The notes under the pieces were generated by a model that was given only the letters and a program-made list of their open reading frames with translations, searched no databases and had not been told where the DNA came from. A stretch of DNA of 62,011 bases, filler included. It is 12 parts of 12 records of this genome, joined end to end, with 100 filler letters (N's around TTAATTAATTAA, not from the genome) between each part and the next. Parts side by side here need not be neighbours in the genome. Positions count along the whole stretch, not along the records: positions 53,240 to 58,898 come from SRR7504441_16345; positions 58,999 to 62,011 come from SRR7504441_16359; 10 more parts are not named here. The stretch is one strand, 5' to 3'. Both the position numbers and the translations under genes were made by a program. This document shows positions 58,384-62,011 of the stretch, one piece after another; position 1 is the stretch's first letter, and every line of letters starts with the position of its first letter.

Positions 58384-58898
58384 ATGATGCGGCGGAAGCT
58401 GGTGCACTTTGTGCGGCATGGCCAGGCGCTGCACAACCCGCGGGCCGAGGCCGCCCGGGCCGACGGCTGCTCGCGGGCCACCTTCCTCCAGCTCATGACC
58501 GAGGACGACGCGCTGGACGCCGAGCTGACCGCGCTCGGCCGGGAGCAGGCCGCCGAGGCCGCGGTGCGCTACGCGGACCGGCTGGGCCCAGTGGAGCTAG
58601 TGGTGGCCTCGCCGCTCTCGCGAGCAGTCGAGACCGCCGACGCGCTGGTCCCGCCTGCGCACTCAGGCCCCCCGCGGGTGGCGCTGGACCTTCTGTGCGA
58701 GATCTCCGGGTTGCTGCTGAACGCCAAGCGGCGGCCGCGGAGCGAGCTGGCGAGCAGGTTCAGTGAGTGGGACTTTGACTCTGGCCTAGCCACCGAGGAG
58801 GACCAGCTGTGGACGGCCGAGCGGCTGGAGGCCGAGGAGTCGGTGGCCGCTCGGGGAAAGCAGGCGCTGGACTGGATCATGGAGCGGCACGAGTCCAA
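58384..58898 (+). CDS. Histidine phosphatase (phosphoglycerate mutase-like); 3' truncated
   Basis: VHFVRHGQALHN, LTALGREQA and VVASPLSRAVETA. Confidence 0.85.
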
Positions 58899-58998
58899 NN
58901 NNNNNNNNNNNNNNNNNNNNNNNNNNNNNNNNNNNNNNNNNNTTAATTAATTAANNNNNNNNNNNNNNNNNNNNNNNNNNNNNNNNNNNNNNNNNNNN

Positions 58999-61900
58999 AC
59001 ACCAGTTGATGAGTCCACCACAGTAGGCGTCGCCACACAATTCGGAGCACCTGTCGGCGTCGTAGCCCTCTGATGTGAATTTCTGGTCAACAAAGAAGTG
59101 AATTCTGATTTTCTCACCAACGGAAAATGAAATGGCTGGTGCTGGCGCCCCAGCCATTTCATTTTCCAGCTCCAGCTTGGCGATGTGTGTCCGCAGCACC
59201 GCAGCGGCCTCACTGTAGCTCAGCCCTCGTAGCTCAGCCGGTGCTGGCGCCCCAGCCGGTGCTGGCGCCCCAGCCGGTGCCTCTGCTGGGGAATCCACAT
59301 ACTCTGTGGCCAGCGCCTCCACCGCCCCAGCCGGTGCAGATCCATCTGCCTCCATCTTTCCGAGCGCATACATGAAACCCATTAAGCGTTCCGATTGCAG
59401 ATCCTCTCTGCTGGGGCAGATCCTCTCTGCTGGGGTTGTCTTTGCCGCCACTTCGAGCCTCTTGATCCCCTCTTTATAGACCGCGATCTGTGTTGTACTC
59501 CGCCTCGCCAGCTCCTCCTGATCCAACACACCATCCCCATTCCTATCGTACTTGCTGAACTCCTTCGGCTTAGCTCCACTAAAATACTCCTCCGCATCCA
59601 CCATGCCGTTCTTGTTCTTGTCCATCCTCTTCAGAAATTCTGTGTAACGGTGTATCAACCACAGATCTCCAACGAGACCTTGTATTGGCCTACCCTTTGG
59701 TGCTAATACAAGATCAGGATTCGTAAAATCGACCTGAAATGGGTTGCGTAGAAACGGGTCCCCATGTTTTTCAAACTTCCGCCCATCCTTAAATGTGACC
59801 AACTTTCCGAGCCAGGATTGTGGGAAGTCCTGATATGTGGCGGGCAGACCACATTGATATATAGATATACCAAACGACGCTGAGGGTTTAAGGCCAATCG
59901 CACACACCTTGCAGTCGTCCTTCTTGCAGCGATCTGCTTCTGGACACGTCTGTTTATCCATCCACCCATCCTCAAACTCCTTTTCACTTAGCTGCATGTC
60001 CTTGGATGGGCTTTTGCTGCAGTCTTTGGAGGACCACGCTTGAAATGTGTCGAGCTGCGCGAGCATCCCGCTGCTGCTGTCCATCACATCATCTTCCCAT
60101 GCCAACCAACAAAAGATCTTGTAGGATCCCTGCCGTGAATATTTCTCGAGGTATTTTACATCTTCTTTCAGGAATTTCTGACAGCTGTTCTTGGGAAAAC
60201 TGCGGAGGATTTGCAGGGCTGCGGCTGGGGTCCCGAAGTCGCCAATCTTCAGATCCCCAGCACCGGCTGGGGCGCCGGCTGGGGTGCCAGCGCCGGCTGG
60301 GGCGCCTGCACCGGCTGGGGCGCCAGCACCGGCTAAAGGCTCGGGGCACGTCATGGATTTTGATCGTCCTCGCACAACCTCAGTGATCCCTCGTTCAAAC
60401 TTGCATGATTTTTCCGTGGGCCACAACACAATCATCTTAGCCTCTTGGCCTTCCTCGGTCGAGGCCATCTCTGTATGGACGTCGCCTCCCTCTTTCCAAA
60501 ATTGACTGGTTGTATCCAGTACACGCTGAACGCTGTAAGCTGGAAACCTCCAATCTCGCCTGCACACACGCAAGTCAGGCTCCAGGCACCAAACTGATAA
60601 CAAGGACAACTCACATCGAGACAATGATTTTTCTCAGAACTCCCCATATGTCGTGGCATTTATCCAGATAAGAGCAAGTCCTCCACTCCTTCAGAAAATT
60701 CGTCTTCCCTCCATATATTTCATCGATTACAGCTGCATTTTCCGTGTACCTCGCCTCTAGAACGCTTTGGCGCCGAGGAGTTTGTCCGACCAAAAAACAA
60801 TTGTGGCGTTCCAGCTCCCATTTGGTCGGATGTACTACGCGGTCGATAATGTAGCCAAACAGCGAACCTGCGAGGCTAATGTAAGCCCAGCTTCCTCCTG
60901 ACCCTTCTGACAGTTTAGCTGCCAAGTTGATTGCAGACTGCTTTGCAATCCAGGTTACACCATCAGTCCAGTACACAACTCCAAACTTTCGGTCGCCATA
61001 AAATGTTTCCTTAAATAGCTTGATCATTCTCTTCTCGAAAGAATTCAACCGACCTCTTTGAGTCTTTTCACACCGACCTGCCTCTGCGAACATAGCTTCC
61101 TTCATTGATTGCATGATGTGCTTTGTTGCAGCATCGAAAAACCCATCGTTTGAGATCCACTCTTCGGCTCCTAATGCTGAGTAGAAAGTTGTGTATTTCC
61201 GAATTGTACTACTACCCGGTCGAGAATGGATGGCTACATGTCGGTCTTTGATCATCTTCTTTTGTTCCCCTCTCCCCATGTCAAGGGAAACTTCAGTTTG
61301 GAACAGATCGATATTTAGAAGTAAGGCTTCCTTGATAATTTCGTGCATCTTGCGTTTGGTATAAATTCTTCGATCTCTTCGTGAGAAATCTTTTGCTCTG
61401 CGAAAACGCTGGTTCATATATTGTACACCTCGGTTCACCCTGGTACCGGGGTCACTCACCGCCGATACTTCCGGCACAATTCGATCGCTCTGGAGGAATT
61501 CAGTCTCGATCTACACACAGGGCTCAACAGCGTGCATGAGTTGACAGTTGACGACCTGCTGGTGGTCGGCGACGTTGATGTGGTGCTCAGATGAGCCAGC
61601 CATACCGGTTGCACCGTTGTCCTGAGGAGCCTTGTTACTGTTCGGGGCAGACTGCTAGGCGGAGGCAGAGCACACATGACACAGATCTAAGTGTTACCTT
61701 GGAGGGTTCCGCTGACGTGTACTTGGTGCCGACCAACACTTCGAGACCTATTCACCGATACGAGAGTTAGAAGGATACTACAGCTGTGATGTGTCGAACT
61801 AAGGCTGAGCCGGGGATCGAGGCAGCAGAGCCGGCGCTAGAGGCAGCCACCATTATGATAAGCATCTGGGTCTTGCGCTCGAATGTCCTCGAGCACCTTC

Positions 61901-62011
61901 GTGAGGCCGGGCTGCAGGCCCGGAGGGGGAGGGGGGGCTCGCTCAAGCTCGAGCAAGTGGTCCGAGCTGTTTGTGACCTGCGCTGGCTCAGAAGAGTTGA
62001 CTGTGGCAGGA
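58999..62011 (-). CDS. Large hypothetical protein with two EF-hands and AGAPAP repeats; both ends truncated
   Basis: ORFs 60611-61477 and 58951-60624 are joined by a 55-nt GT-AG intron (60560-60614). EF loops DKNKNGMVDAEE and DRNGDGVLDQEE. Further exons lie upstream. Confidence 0.6.

Noticed and set aside
1-62011. tRNA, rRNA, snRNA, transposase or viral hallmark genes
   Set aside because: None were recognised by eye. A covariance-model scan would be needed to exclude small RNAs.

Overview
This window is not one locus. It holds 12 short contigs joined by 11 artificial 100-nt spacers (44 N + TTAATTAATTAA + 44 N), so neighbourhood across a spacer carries no meaning. The DNA is from a compact, GC-rich eukaryote, probably a flagellated protist because it encodes WDR92/DNAAF10; I cannot assign the lineage. 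It uses the standard genetic code and has very short spliceosomal introns, mostly 35-45 nt. About 33 genes or gene fragments can be read. They include DLAT, ZRANB3, aspartokinase-homoserine dehydrogenase, a family A DNA polymerase, WDR92, CIA2/FAM96, MFS transporters, a Patched/NPC1-like protein and GH51 and DUF2961 glycosidases. The most notable items are: (1) a GREB1-like gene (36741-41253) fusing a circularly permuted SF2 helicase with apparently intact motifs to a TET/JBP-associated-type glycosyltransferase, a candidate DNA base-glycosylation enzyme; (2) mini-introns with frequent non-GT donors (at least 8 GC-AG and one well-anchored GA-AG), all in an AG|G...AG|G phase-0 context; (3) intergenic regions each enriched in a different palindromic tetramer (GTAC, GATC, CATG, CTAG); (4) unusual fusions (ZIP-like/F-box/LRR, MFS/WD40) and a probably dead homoserine dehydrogenase domain. 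All calls come from motif recognition and splicing by eye; no searches were run.
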